Of a DNA stretch of 64,000 nucleotides, positions 1 through 9,714 are shown piece by piece. Each line of letters opens with the position of its first letter. Position 1 is the stretch's first letter. The notes under the pieces are model-generated. The model did no database searches. It was not told the DNA's origin and worked only from the letters and a program-made list of their open reading frames with translations. The position numbers were made by a program, and so were the translations under genes. The DNA lies in the NCBI GenBank assembly GCA_020852295.1, contig JADZBC010000009.1, forward strand, positions 216,058 through 280,057. Reading direction: 5' to 3'. Origin of the DNA: a bacterium (GTDB taxonomy: Bacteria; Patescibacteriota; Saccharimonadia; CAILAD01; JADZBC01).

Positions 1-990
1 TCTGAGATCGTTCTGACAAGCGGGGGTAGTGAATCTGACAATTTGGCGATTTTTGGTTTGCTCAAAGATATCGGGCGTGGCGAGATTATCACCATTCCAA
101 CAGAGCATGTCGCCGTATTGAGCCCAATCGCTCAGCTTGGGCAAACTGGTTTTGTGCAGAAAATGGCAACCATTGATGAGACTGGTATGGTTGATTTGAG
201 CAAACTCGAAACTACTATTACCGATCAAACTGTATTGGTTGCGATAGCCTATGCAAGTAGTGAAATCGGCACGATACAGCCAATCGCTCAGATTGCTGAA
301 CTGGTACAGCAGGAGCGAGCCCGTCGGAAGCAGGCAAATGAACAGACGCCAATATTCTTACACTGTGACGCTTCGGCAGCAGCCGGCCGACTCAGTCTTG
401 ATACAAATAGACTCGGTATCGATACGATGAGTCTCAATGCTGCCAAGATCTACGGCCCAAAAGGCGTGGGTCTGCTGTATGTTCGTCGCGGCCTCAATCT
501 CTCGCCGATCATGCTGGGTGGTGGGCAAGAAGCTGGTCGACGAGCTGGCACGGAGAACGTACCGGGAGCTGCCGCTATGGCAAAATCTTTACAGATCGCA
601 GAACAAATGCGCAAAGCCGAAGTTAGTCGGCTCACTGCTATGACACAACAGCTGGCCAGGCGTTTAACCGAAGAATTGCCCAATGTGTTGATAAATGGGC
701 ATGCCAAAATGCGTCTGGCAGGACATCTGAGCTTTAGTCTCGATGGCTACAACGGTGAAGACCTTGTGGCGTATTTGGACACCGAAGGCATCATGGTCGG
801 TACTGGTGCTGCTTGTGAGGCGGCCAATCGTAAGCCGAGCCGAGCCGTCATGGCACTTGGTCGCAGTCAAACTCAAGCCCAAGGAACACTGCGACTGAGT
901 ATGGGTCGGGCGACTACTGAAGCTGATTTGACCAAGTTCCTAGAAGTACTTACGTCTATTTGTAAGACTCTTGATACAATAAAGGTATGA
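1..990 (+). CDS. Cysteine desulfurase (IscS/NifS family), 5'-partial
   Basis: The frame is open from base 1 (SEIVLTSGGSESDN). Motifs HCDAS, AKIYGPKGVG, GGGQE..RRAGTEN and GTGAAC are present, and mnmA lies nearby. Confidence 0.92.
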   Translation, partial: SEIVLTSGGSESDNLAIFGLLKDIGRGEIITIPTEHVAVLSPIAQLGQTGFVQKMATIDETGMVDLSKLETTITDQTVLVAIAYASSEIGTIQPIAQIAELVQQERARRKQANEQTPIFLHCDASAAAGRLSLDTNRLGIDTMSLNAAKIYGPKGVGLLYVRRGLNLSPIMLGGGQEAGRRAGTENVPGAAAMAKSLQIAEQMRKAEVSRLTAMTQQLARRLTEELPNVLINGHAKMRLAGHLSFSLDGYNGEDLVAYLDTEGIMVGTGAACEAANRKPSRAVMALGRSQTQAQGTLRLSMGRATTEADLTKFLEVLTSICKTLDTIKV

Positions 991-1583
991 CCGAAGTCAA
1001 AAAATCACATGGTGGTTTATGGGTCCTTGGCTTTTTAGTTGCGAGCCTGATTGGCTTGGGTGTGTGGCTGAGTTTTTATCTGTCGCCACAGGACCCGATC
1101 GCCAAGGCTGACGCTATTGTGGTGGTGTCGGGCGGCCAGACCACAACCCGCGCCCAGCATGGTATTGATTTGTATAAGCAAGGCTATGCGCCACTTCTTA
1201 TTTTTTCCGGTGCGGCAATTGACGATGGGCCAAGTAACGCCCGAGAAATGAAGCTCCAGGCCCTCACTGCCGGAGTGCCACATCAGGCGATTGAAGTCGA
1301 TGAGGCAGCACAGAACACCTATGAAAATGCCATTAATGTTCAGAAAATCGCTCAAAACCGGTCTATCAAAAGTATGATTCTCGTGACCTCTCCGTACCAT
1401 CAGCGACGCGCTAACCGAACGTTTGTGCAAGTATTTGGTGATAACTTTCCGATTATCAACTCAAGTTCGTACGACAGTCGCTGGAGTAAGTCTGGCTGGT
1501 GGAGCAATCCATTTGGCGTGCGCATCACCATGAGTGAGGCACTCAAGCTACTTTTTATTCAATTCACTGGTAATTATCGATGA
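987..1583 (+). CDS. YdcF/DUF218 family membrane-anchored protein
   Basis: N-terminal TM helix; ADAIVVVSGG, NTYENA and LVTSPYHQRRA motifs. Confidence 0.88.
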   Translation: MTEVKKSHGGLWVLGFLVASLIGLGVWLSFYLSPQDPIAKADAIVVVSGGQTTTRAQHGIDLYKQGYAPLLIFSGAAIDDGPSNAREMKLQALTAGVPHQAIEVDEAAQNTYENAINVQKIAQNRSIKSMILVTSPYHQRRANRTFVQVFGDNFPIINSSSYDSRWSKSGWWSNPFGVRITMSEALKLLFIQFTGNYR

Positions 1584-2617
1584 GTCAAGTTGTATTCGTT
1601 GGTTTGTCGGGGGGAGTTGATAGCTCAGTCGCTGCGGCACTGCTCAAAGTTCAGGGCTACCATGTGACGGCAGTTTTTATGAAAAATTGGACGGCAGATG
1701 TAGCGGGCAACAAATGCCCCTGGGAGGAGGACCTCGCAAGTGCCCGGGCGGTGGCGGCACATCTGCACATACCGCTCAAGATCTATGATTTCCAAAAAGA
1801 GTATCGCGCCAAGGTCGCCGACTATATGGTCGATGCCTATCGTCGTGGCCTGACGCCAAATCCTGATGTGATGTGCAACCAAGAGATAAAGTTTCGTACG
1901 TTTTATGATATGTGTCGCAGTGAAGGCGCTGACTTTGTAGCAACGGGGCACTACGCACGGATGCACGATGGTCAGCTGTTGCGCGGCGTTGATCGCAACA
2001 AGGACCAAAGCTATTTTCTCTATCGCATGCCCCATGATGCAGCCGAGCATGCACTCTTTCCAGTTGGCGAATACGAAAAGTCAGAGATTCGACGCTTAGC
2101 AGAACGCTTTGACTTGCCGACAGCAAAACGACCTGACTCACAGGGGCTTTGTTTCGTAGGCAACGTAAGCCTCAAAGATTTTCTGCATGAGTTTATCGAC
2201 TATAAGCCTGGGGATATTGTTGATGACCAGGGTCACAAAGTTGGCCAACATGACGGTGCGTTTTTTTACACCATCGGTCAGCGGCATGGTCTCGGCGTCG
2301 GTGGCGGCAAGCCGTACTTTGTGTATGACAAGGATATGGCTAAAAATGAAGTCTATGTTACGACCGATCCTGACAGTGCACTGCTCAATAAAGATAGATT
2401 GATGGCCGCCGATGAGTATTGGTGGCAAGCGGTGGAAGCCGACAAAGTCTATGACGTGCAAGTGAGATATCGCAGCACGCCAGTTGAGGGTAGGATTATG
2501 CGACACAGTGACAAATTTGAAGTCGTTTTCAGCCAGACTGAGCGAGCCATCGCACCCGGTCAATCGGTCGTGATCTATGACGGCGATGTTGTGATTGGTG
2601 GTGGCATTATTCAATAA
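1580..2617 (+). CDS. mnmA: tRNA 2-thiouridylase MnmA
   Basis: SGGVDSSV, TPNPDVMCNQEIKF, ATGHYA, KDQSYFL and DSQGLCF motifs. Confidence 0.97.
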   Translation: MSQVVFVGLSGGVDSSVAAALLKVQGYHVTAVFMKNWTADVAGNKCPWEEDLASARAVAAHLHIPLKIYDFQKEYRAKVADYMVDAYRRGLTPNPDVMCNQEIKFRTFYDMCRSEGADFVATGHYARMHDGQLLRGVDRNKDQSYFLYRMPHDAAEHALFPVGEYEKSEIRRLAERFDLPTAKRPDSQGLCFVGNVSLKDFLHEFIDYKPGDIVDDQGHKVGQHDGAFFYTIGQRHGLGVGGGKPYFVYDKDMAKNEVYVTTDPDSALLNKDRLMAADEYWWQAVEADKVYDVQVRYRSTPVEGRIMRHSDKFEVVFSQTERAIAPGQSVVIYDGDVVIGGGIIQ

Positions 2618-2640
2618 TGCTTGTGCTATAATATTCGCAT

Positions 2641-3327
2641 ATGCAGCCACAAGTATTTCATCCAGATCCAGATAAGAAACGCGATGATGCACCGCCACTC
2701 AATGCCTCAACGCCCGTCAGTCAAATGCGACCAAACAACCTTGGTCGCCCACGCAAACCATGGGGGCGCATTGTCGTCACGTTGTTAGTGCTAGTTGGCC
2801 TCGGTGTTGGCGGTTGGTATGGTTACCGCTGGTACCAGAACAATAATAAAGAGAAGGCAGATCTAAAGAGCCAGGTTGCAGATTTGCAGAAACAGAATGA
2901 GTCCCTTAAGTCTAGCGTGCAGCCAAGCCCAGCCCTTTCACCTGTCAATGACTTCTTTAATATCTCGGAGTTTTCAATTAAGTTTCGGCCAGGTACGACA
3001 CTTCCGGATTTAACCTACATTTATGACGGAAAAGATGACGTGAAATTTTCAACAAGAAGTTTAATGGCTGCTGCCTATAAGGCGCCCTCCGAGCTAACTG
3101 CTTGCTCTCCAGGCGATAATCCAATTGGACACATTGTTCGTTCTACTAAGCAAATAGAGAAAGCTGCCGGAATTATCGCTGTAAAGAAAATTGACGATAA
3201 ATACTATGCTCTTGAATCTGCGAACAATGGACCGGCATGCAGCCAGAATAAAGGAGTGTCAGATTTGCTTTTAAAGCAACAGAAGGCTCTAGAGTCCGCT
3301 TTCGAGACGCTTGCGTCATCTAAATAG
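2641..3327 (+). CDS. Single-pass membrane protein with coiled coil, hypothetical
   Basis: Long ORF with a TM segment then a coiled coil; TATAAT lies 8 nt before the ATG. Confidence 0.75.
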   Translation: MQPQVFHPDPDKKRDDAPPLNASTPVSQMRPNNLGRPRKPWGRIVVTLLVLVGLGVGGWYGYRWYQNNNKEKADLKSQVADLQKQNESLKSSVQPSPALSPVNDFFNISEFSIKFRPGTTLPDLTYIYDGKDDVKFSTRSLMAAAYKAPSELTACSPGDNPIGHIVRSTKQIEKAAGIIAVKKIDDKYYALESANNGPACSQNKGVSDLLLKQQKALESAFETLASSK

Positions 3328-3359
3328 CCAACTACAGCACTATCTAGTATAATTTCAGC

Positions 3360-5240
3360 ATGAATACATCTGAAATCCGTCAGAAATACTTAGATTACTT
3401 CGCGCAGCGAGGCCATGCTGTTGTGCCACGGTCCAACATTGTACCCAAAGAAGATCCCACGACACTTTTTACCGGCTCCGGCATGCAGCCAATGGTGCCG
3501 TATTTGCTTGGCGAAGATCATCCCAAGGGCAATCGCATCGTTGATAGCCAAACATGTTTTCGAGCCGAGGATATTGATGAAGTGGGTGACAATCGTCACA
3601 CGACTTTTTTTGAGATGCTCGGCAACTGGTCGCTCGGTGACTACTTCAAGAAAGAACAGCTACCATGGTTTTGGGAGTTTTTGACCAAAGAAGTTGGCTT
3701 GGATCCAAAGCGGCTGTACGTGACGACATTTATCGGCGATGAGAAAAATAGCATTCCAAAAGATACCGAGGCTGCTGAGATCTGGAAGGGATTGTTTAAG
3801 GAAGTCGGCATTGAGGCGCAAGTGGCCGAGATCGGCTCAGAGGAAGACGGCTACAAACGAGGCGTCAAAGACGGTGAGCGTATCTTCTACTATGATGCCA
3901 AAAAGAACTGGTGGAGCCGCGCAGGTGTGCCGGAGAATATGCCAGCAGGTGAACCGGGCGGCCCCGATAGCGAAGTTTTCTACGAGTTTACTGATGTTGA
4001 GCACGATCCAAAGTGGGGTGAGCATTGTCATCCAAACTGTGACTGTGGACGATTTTTAGAAATCGGCAATTCCGTCTTTATGCAGTACCAGAAGCAAGCT
4101 GACGGTAGCTTCAAAGAGCTGCCGCAGCTCAATGTGGACTTTGGTGGGGGCTTGGAGCGCATTGGTATGGCGGCTCTGGACACCAACGATATCTTTCGGC
4201 TCGACAATATGTGGCCGATTATCGAAAAGCTACAAGAGCTGAGCGGTAAGAAATATGAAGATCATGTTGAGGCCAAGCGGGTCATTGCCGATCACTTGCG
4301 AGCCGTAGTTTGGCTGGCCAACGATGGCGTGGTACCAAGCAACACCAAGCAGGGTTACGTCATGCGTCGCTTTGCCCGCCGTGCCATTCGTCGCGGGCTC
4401 GAGCTCGGTATTTACCAGGACATGTTCAAGCATGTGGCAGGCGTTGTGGTTGAGATCTACAGATCAGCTTATCCGGAAATGGTTGAGAATTTGGCTGAAA
4501 TCGTGCGTGTGCTCGATGCTGAAGAAAAGCTCTTTCGTCAGACACTCAAAAAGGGCCTCAAAGAATTCAACAAACTTGTTAATGATAAAAAAGCGCTCGA
4601 TGGTGAGACTATCTTCCGCCTCTATGACACCAATGGTTTTCCGACTGAGCTCACCATCGAAGAGGCTGAAGCTCGAGAGATCCCTGTCGAGAAAGACTGG
4701 GAGAAGGTTTTCGATCGTGAGATGAAGGCACAAAAAGAGCGCTCTCGCACCGCTGCCGCCGGTATGTTCAAGGGTGGTCTGCAGGACAACTCAGAGATCG
4801 TGACACGCTATCACACCGCGACTCACCTTATGTATCGTGCCCTCAAAAATATTCTTGGCGACCACGTCACGCAGCGTGGCAGCAACATCACTCACGAACG
4901 AGCTCGTTTCGACTTTTCGCATCATGAAAAAATGACACCTGAGCAGATCAAGGCAGTCGAAGATATGGTCAATGAAGCGATCGTCAAAGATTACCCAGTG
5001 AGCTTTATGGAGATGCCGACCGATAAGGCGTTTGAGAGTGGCGCTATCGGCGCTTTTGGCGACAAGTATGGTGACAAAGTGAAAGTGTACACGGTGGGTG
5101 ACCCTGACGGGGATTGGTATTCACGCGAGATATGTGGTGGTCCGCATGTCACGCACACAGGCGAGATTGGCAAGTTCAAGATTGTCAAAGAAGAGAGCTC
5201 GAGTGCCGGGGTGCGTCGCATCAAGGCCGTTATTGAGTGA
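3360..5240 (+). CDS. alaS: Alanine--tRNA ligase (short form, no C-Ala domain)
   Basis: DPTTLFTGSGMQ, RHTTFFEMLGNWSLGDYFK; editing motifs HTATH and CGGPHV; ends at GVRRIKA. Confidence 0.96.
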   Translation: MNTSEIRQKYLDYFAQRGHAVVPRSNIVPKEDPTTLFTGSGMQPMVPYLLGEDHPKGNRIVDSQTCFRAEDIDEVGDNRHTTFFEMLGNWSLGDYFKKEQLPWFWEFLTKEVGLDPKRLYVTTFIGDEKNSIPKDTEAAEIWKGLFKEVGIEAQVAEIGSEEDGYKRGVKDGERIFYYDAKKNWWSRAGVPENMPAGEPGGPDSEVFYEFTDVEHDPKWGEHCHPNCDCGRFLEIGNSVFMQYQKQADGSFKELPQLNVDFGGGLERIGMAALDTNDIFRLDNMWPIIEKLQELSGKKYEDHVEAKRVIADHLRAVVWLANDGVVPSNTKQGYVMRRFARRAIRRGLELGIYQDMFKHVAGVVVEIYRSAYPEMVENLAEIVRVLDAEEKLFRQTLKKGLKEFNKLVNDKKALDGETIFRLYDTNGFPTELTIEEAEAREIPVEKDWEKVFDREMKAQKERSRTAAAGMFKGGLQDNSEIVTRYHTATHLMYRALKNILGDHVTQRGSNITHERARFDFSHHEKMTPEQIKAVEDMVNEAIVKDYPVSFMEMPTDKAFESGAIGAFGDKYGDKVKVYTVGDPDGDWYSREICGGPHVTHTGEIGKFKIVKEESSSAGVRRIKAVIE

Positions 5241-5243
5241 CCG

Positions 5244-7253
5244 ATGGGTGCAGAAAAGCCGACCAACCAAGAAGCAGATCCAATGCATGGTCAGTCGGGC
5301 AACTTCTATGCTGACTTAGCAAAATCCGTCGAGCAACAGCGTTCGTTGCGAGAGCGCACCGCCGAGGCGTGGAAAAAGTATGCAGGCTATGGCCCTGACT
5401 ATCAGCGACGCAACGCCGAGCGTGCACAATCTGCTCGTGTAAAGATTGACCAGTATGGTGGCGATCAACTTACTATCATTGCCAGCATTAACACGAAAAA
5501 ATTCAATAGCGCTGGCGTTGAGGTAAAGGGCGATGCGGCTAAGCAGCCGGGTCTGACCGAAGGTGAGGCGACAGACCTGCATGACTACAATCCAGAGTCG
5601 CGTAATCACGCCGATATTGAGGCTGCTTACAATGACTATCTCGCACGGACGAAACCAGAGGAGCGACTTGTGATTTTCGAGGGTCGCGTGCGCCCCGACG
5701 AGTTCATCTCAGATCGCGCTACGGCAATTCGCCAAGCATCCGAATCCGGATTACTGCAGTACCTCGCGCGCCGCGATGGCGTGGAGGCTACTTCTGGTGA
5801 GCCAACTGATGAAGCAGTCGCACGGTACTGCTACGAACGCGGTGTCCAGCCCGAGGAACTTGCATTGGTATTGGTGATTCGTGGTCTGACTCACGATCTG
5901 ACGAAAGACCTACCCGACGACATTAGTATGGATATTTATGGTGAGGCGGTCGTTAATGGCCTAGAGGGTTTTGTTGATTATTCCAATGAACAGAAAGCGG
6001 AGATATCGAAAGATCCCGTTCGGATGGCAAAGCTTCAGCAGCAGGCAGTTGAGCTCGCCAAGCGTCAAAACGAAATACTTAGTAGTCTTGGCTTACCGCA
6101 ATTTGAGATTGATGAGCAGGCAAATACGGTTCGCTTTGCATCAGCCGAAGATCGTGCTGCCCTTGCCAAGGCGTGGGATCCGAGTAGTGAAGGGCGCTTG
6201 TCGGACATCCACACCATCATGACCGAAGCGCGCGACAAACATATTCTGGAGACTATCGTGAGTGCCACGGAAGACGGCAAGAAAGTCTTCATGGCCTACG
6301 GCGGCTCGCACGTTGTGAGCCTCGAACCTTGTCTAGATGAATTCTATGGCAAGGCGGAAGCTGCAAGTCAGCCGTCGTCTGATAAAGAATCAGAGCTTGT
6401 TGGTCTTATTGACTCGATCACTCCAGTCGCCGACAAATCAGCAATGCTGTCGGTGCTGAAAGATCCGCGACTTGTTATGTCAAAAGAGGGCAGGGAAGAA
6501 ATCAAAAAGCTAATAAATGTTGATGATCTTCAGCCTGAACAGGTGCGACGATTGGTTGATGCGGGTGCCAAGGAAAAATTGAATGAGATAATCAGTCTGC
6601 GCATGAAGGAGGCGCTCGAGCAGATCTTGCCGCTCGAAGCGCTGCGCAGTGACAATATCATTATCGATCAAAAAGAATCTGCCGATATCGATCCGATCGA
6701 AGAAATTCGCCAAATCGTCACCGACCCAGAACTTACTGCCAACCAGGGAGCAATGCAGAATGTCCTCATTTCTGAACGATCGCAGTACGTATTGAAAGTA
6801 TTGAAGAGTGATCTCCAGGATAATCCTTACGCAAGAGAAACGCTCGCTCATTACGATGAAGTACTAAAGGCATTTGGTCATGATTTTCTGCCTCGTCAAA
6901 TTGGCTTTGAGTTGAGAAATCCTCCGCTTGCCGGCACCTTGCAGGAAAAAGTAGCCATCGATGAATATCAAGTCCTCAATGCCGTGACAGATTTGGAGCA
7001 ATTTGATGATCAGACACAAAGCCCCCAGAACAAAGAAAAAGTAAAAGAGTTTATTGCTGGGTTTGATAGATTGGCTCAGCAGGGCCTTACACTTGATGTG
7101 TTGGGTGATAATGTTTTGTGGAAAAAAGGGACAAACGGTGAGCTGGAGATTCTCATTGTAGACACTGGTTCCTTTAGTAATGACTATGAGGGCAGTGCTC
7201 AAAGTGTACAAGAGGCCAATCGCTTAATAGATCGTTTGCGTCAATTGGTGTAG
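5244..7253 (+). CDS. Hypothetical 669-aa protein, possible C-terminal kinase-like domain
   Basis: Long ORF; YVLK, LDVLGDNVL and IVDTG are spaced like protein-kinase-like motifs (inference). Confidence 0.65.
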   Translation: MGAEKPTNQEADPMHGQSGNFYADLAKSVEQQRSLRERTAEAWKKYAGYGPDYQRRNAERAQSARVKIDQYGGDQLTIIASINTKKFNSAGVEVKGDAAKQPGLTEGEATDLHDYNPESRNHADIEAAYNDYLARTKPEERLVIFEGRVRPDEFISDRATAIRQASESGLLQYLARRDGVEATSGEPTDEAVARYCYERGVQPEELALVLVIRGLTHDLTKDLPDDISMDIYGEAVVNGLEGFVDYSNEQKAEISKDPVRMAKLQQQAVELAKRQNEILSSLGLPQFEIDEQANTVRFASAEDRAALAKAWDPSSEGRLSDIHTIMTEARDKHILETIVSATEDGKKVFMAYGGSHVVSLEPCLDEFYGKAEAASQPSSDKESELVGLIDSITPVADKSAMLSVLKDPRLVMSKEGREEIKKLINVDDLQPEQVRRLVDAGAKEKLNEIISLRMKEALEQILPLEALRSDNIIIDQKESADIDPIEEIRQIVTDPELTANQGAMQNVLISERSQYVLKVLKSDLQDNPYARETLAHYDEVLKAFGHDFLPRQIGFELRNPPLAGTLQEKVAIDEYQVLNAVTDLEQFDDQTQSPQNKEKVKEFIAGFDRLAQQGLTLDVLGDNVLWKKGTNGELEILIVDTGSFSNDYEGSAQSVQEANRLIDRLRQLV

Positions 7254-7271
7254 AAAAAGTGTAATCGCGAA

Positions 7272-7372
7272 GGCCCGCGAAAAAATCACGGGCCCGGGGC
7301 CGGGGGACAGGACTCGAGAGCCCCGTCCCCCGGCGGGTGTCGACGCGGTTCCCCCTGTGCACCGCGCGACAC
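7272..7372 (-). terminator. Three tandem GC-rich hairpins 3' of the CDP-alcohol phosphatidyltransferase gene
   Basis: Inverted repeats at 7337-7372, 7299-7334 and 7272-7294. Confidence 0.7.
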
Positions 7373-7376
7373 GATC

Positions 7377-8273
7377 TCACACCGTCGGGAAGCGCATCCC
7401 CAGCTTGCTGCCCAGCAGGTGCCGGAACGGCGGCTGCTGGTAGGGCTGCTGGAACTTGGCGACATGGTCGCGCATCATCTGGCGGTACTCCTCGGTGTGC
7501 AGACCGAGGCTTCGCGTTGCCAGAGGACGCGCCATCACGGTGATGACTCCCACGGCCCACATGAAGCAGGCCGGGTTGTCGATCGACCAGATGGCCAAGC
7601 TCCAGGCGCCAGCCATGGCGAGAAGTTGTGCGAAGAACTTCTTCTTGCCGTAGTGGTTGGCGCCGGGGACCTCTTGCCCGAGCTTCTGGCAGATGTGCTC
7701 CGTCGGCAGGCTGAGCTTGACCAGTGCCAGCTCCTCCTTGAGCGCCCACAGGGCAGTTCCGGTGAAGACCAGGCCGGCCACGGTGCCGTGGTACGACCAG
7801 GTCAGCCACCAGAACGCGCCCAGCAGGCTGATGAAGTACACCTTGTCGGCGAGCGGGTCGATGCCCTTGCCGATGTCGGTGACGCAGTTACGCCGCGCCT
7901 GATCCGGCGGGCGGTCCAGCATGTCTGGCCAGTTGGGGGCTCCCTTGGGCAGGTAGAGGTTGCGGGCAACCGGTCCGTCCAGCCCATCGAGCAGGGCGAG
8001 TCCGGCGGTCGCGACCAGCCACCAGATGGCAGCATTGGTCGATCCCTTCATGGTCGCGATCGCGAGCTGAGCCACCACGTAGGGCGACACCAGCATGCGG
8101 CCGATGCTCATGATGTTGGCGGACTGCCGCAGGATGGGGCGGAGTCGGGGGAAGCGCATCAGCGGCTGCATCCAGGAGAGGAAGAGCAGCTGAGCGATGT
8201 TGTCAAGGAGCTGGCGGAAGCCAGCCTCGATAGTTGCACCCAGTCCTTGCGGCTGGGAGTTGTCGATGGACAT
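7377..8273 (-). CDS. CDP-alcohol phosphatidyltransferase (PgsA-like), GC-rich cassette
   Basis: DGLDGPVAR...GKGIDPLADK signature and several TM helices; SD GAGGAGG (complement of 8282-8288) before the ATG at 8273. Confidence 0.85.
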   Translation of the reverse strand: MSIDNSQPQGLGATIEAGFRQLLDNIAQLLFLSWMQPLMRFPRLRPILRQSANIMSIGRMLVSPYVVAQLAIATMKGSTNAAIWWLVATAGLALLDGLDGPVARNLYLPKGAPNWPDMLDRPPDQARRNCVTDIGKGIDPLADKVYFISLLGAFWWLTWSYHGTVAGLVFTGTALWALKEELALVKLSLPTEHICQKLGQEVPGANHYGKKKFFAQLLAMAGAWSLAIWSIDNPACFMWAVGVITVMARPLATRSLGLHTEEYRQMMRDHVAKFQQPYQQPPFRHLLGSKLGMRFPTV

Positions 8274-8309
8274 GGGGAAAGCCTCCTCGGCCGGGGATAG
8301 GTTCACATA

Positions 8310-8338
8310 ACATTATCAAAAAAAGTCAATATTTTCAA
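8310..8338 (-). promoter_or_regulatory. sigma70-type promoter TTGAAA-17-TAATGT
   Basis: Minus-strand hexamers with a 17-nt spacer and TG extension; the GC-rich sequence begins just downstream. Confidence 0.6.
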
Positions 8339-8406
8339 GTCTAACCCTGGCACAACGCCTACTGACGCGTTACAATAAAAGCGGTTATGCCAATCATAAT
8401 CTAACT

Positions 8407-9672
8407 TTGGGTAATTATTTGAAGCTTCCTCGTTTTCTAAAACCAAAAAGTACATCACAGTATCTTGTCGCGCTCGACATCGGTACGGAGTATGTGAAGG
8501 CTCTGATCGGACAGGTGGCTGGTGACAAGGTCGAGATCATCGGCGTTGGCCGGCAGCGACAACGCCTTACGGACATGAGCTCTGGTGCGGTGACCGACAT
8601 CGCCGGTGTCGTAGAGAATTGCGACGCGGCGCTGAAGCGGGCCGAGCAGATGGCAGGTGTCGTCGCCAAAGATGCTGTGCTTGGTATTGCCGGCGAGCTG
8701 GTCAAAGGCGGCTCGACTTCTATCAGCTATCGTCGCGCTCGGCCAAATATCCAGATCGATATGGTTGAGCTGAAGGATATTATTGAGCGAATCCAAAACG
8801 AAGCATTTGAACGTGTCCGTAAGGAACTGGCTTGGGAAACTGGCTACAAGGAGCTCGAAGTGAAGCTTGTCAACGCGGCGGTGGTCGATGTGTACATCGA
8901 TGGCTATCGCGTGACGAATCCAATCGGTTTTCAGGGGCGCGATGTTAGTATCCAGATTTTCAACGCGTTTGCTCCGATGGTGCATCTTGGCGCTCTACAA
9001 TCTGTCGCCAAGGATCTTGATCTCAATCTGATCAACATCGCTGCTGAGCCGTTTGCGGTCGCGAAGAGTGTTGGCGCAGAGGACTCGACAGAGTTTTCAG
9101 CCATTTTCATCGACATTGGTGGCGGTACCAGCGATATTGCAGTCGTCAACAATGGCGGGGTTGAGGGGACCAAGATGTTTGCAATCGGTGGCCGGAGTTT
9201 TACTAAGCGAATAGCCAGCAATCTCGGTGTGTCATTTGAAAAAGCTGAGCAGCTCAAGCTTGATCACTCAGCGGGTAAGCTGGGTGCCAAGCAGGAAAAA
9301 GATGTTGCGGCTGCTTTGGCTGGCGACATCGAAGTCTGGTTGAGTGGGGTTGAGCTGAGCTTGAGTGAATTTGATAAACTGGATCACTTGCCGAACCGTA
9401 TCATGCTCTGTGGAGGTGGTTCGGCTCTGCCAGAGATCAAGCAGGCTCTGATGGGCAGTACTTGGTATAAAAATCTTGGTTTCGCTCGTAAGCCAAAAGT
9501 TGATTTTGTTTCACCAAGTGAAGTGAGTCGCGTGGTTGATAAGACCGGCAAGTTGGTCAATCAGCAAGACATTACTCCGATGGGCTTGGCGAATCTCGGT
9601 CTTGATATCGTTGGCACGGAAAGCATTGGTGAAAATGTCTTACAGCGGCTAAGCCGGACGCTCAGCTTGTAG
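8407..9672 (+). CDS. FtsA-like actin-fold ATPase
   Basis: ALDIGTEYVK, AEPFA, IDIGGGTSDI and LCGGGS motifs. Confidence 0.85.
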   Translation: MGNYLKLPRFLKPKSTSQYLVALDIGTEYVKALIGQVAGDKVEIIGVGRQRQRLTDMSSGAVTDIAGVVENCDAALKRAEQMAGVVAKDAVLGIAGELVKGGSTSISYRRARPNIQIDMVELKDIIERIQNEAFERVRKELAWETGYKELEVKLVNAAVVDVYIDGYRVTNPIGFQGRDVSIQIFNAFAPMVHLGALQSVAKDLDLNLINIAAEPFAVAKSVGAEDSTEFSAIFIDIGGGTSDIAVVNNGGVEGTKMFAIGGRSFTKRIASNLGVSFEKAEQLKLDHSAGKLGAKQEKDVAAALAGDIEVWLSGVELSLSEFDKLDHLPNRIMLCGGGSALPEIKQALMGSTWYKNLGFARKPKVDFVSPSEVSRVVDKTGKLVNQQDITPMGLANLGLDIVGTESIGENVLQRLSRTLSL

Positions 9673-9714
9673 TAAAGCATAACATTGATCAAATTTTAGG
9701 TTATAATAACGCAT

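Noticed and set aside
7419-8300. Long antisense ORFs over GC-rich genes (also 37555-38418, 54302-54781, 55465-56016)
   Set aside because: Shadow ORFs expected from high GC3; they lack SD, promoter and protein motifs.
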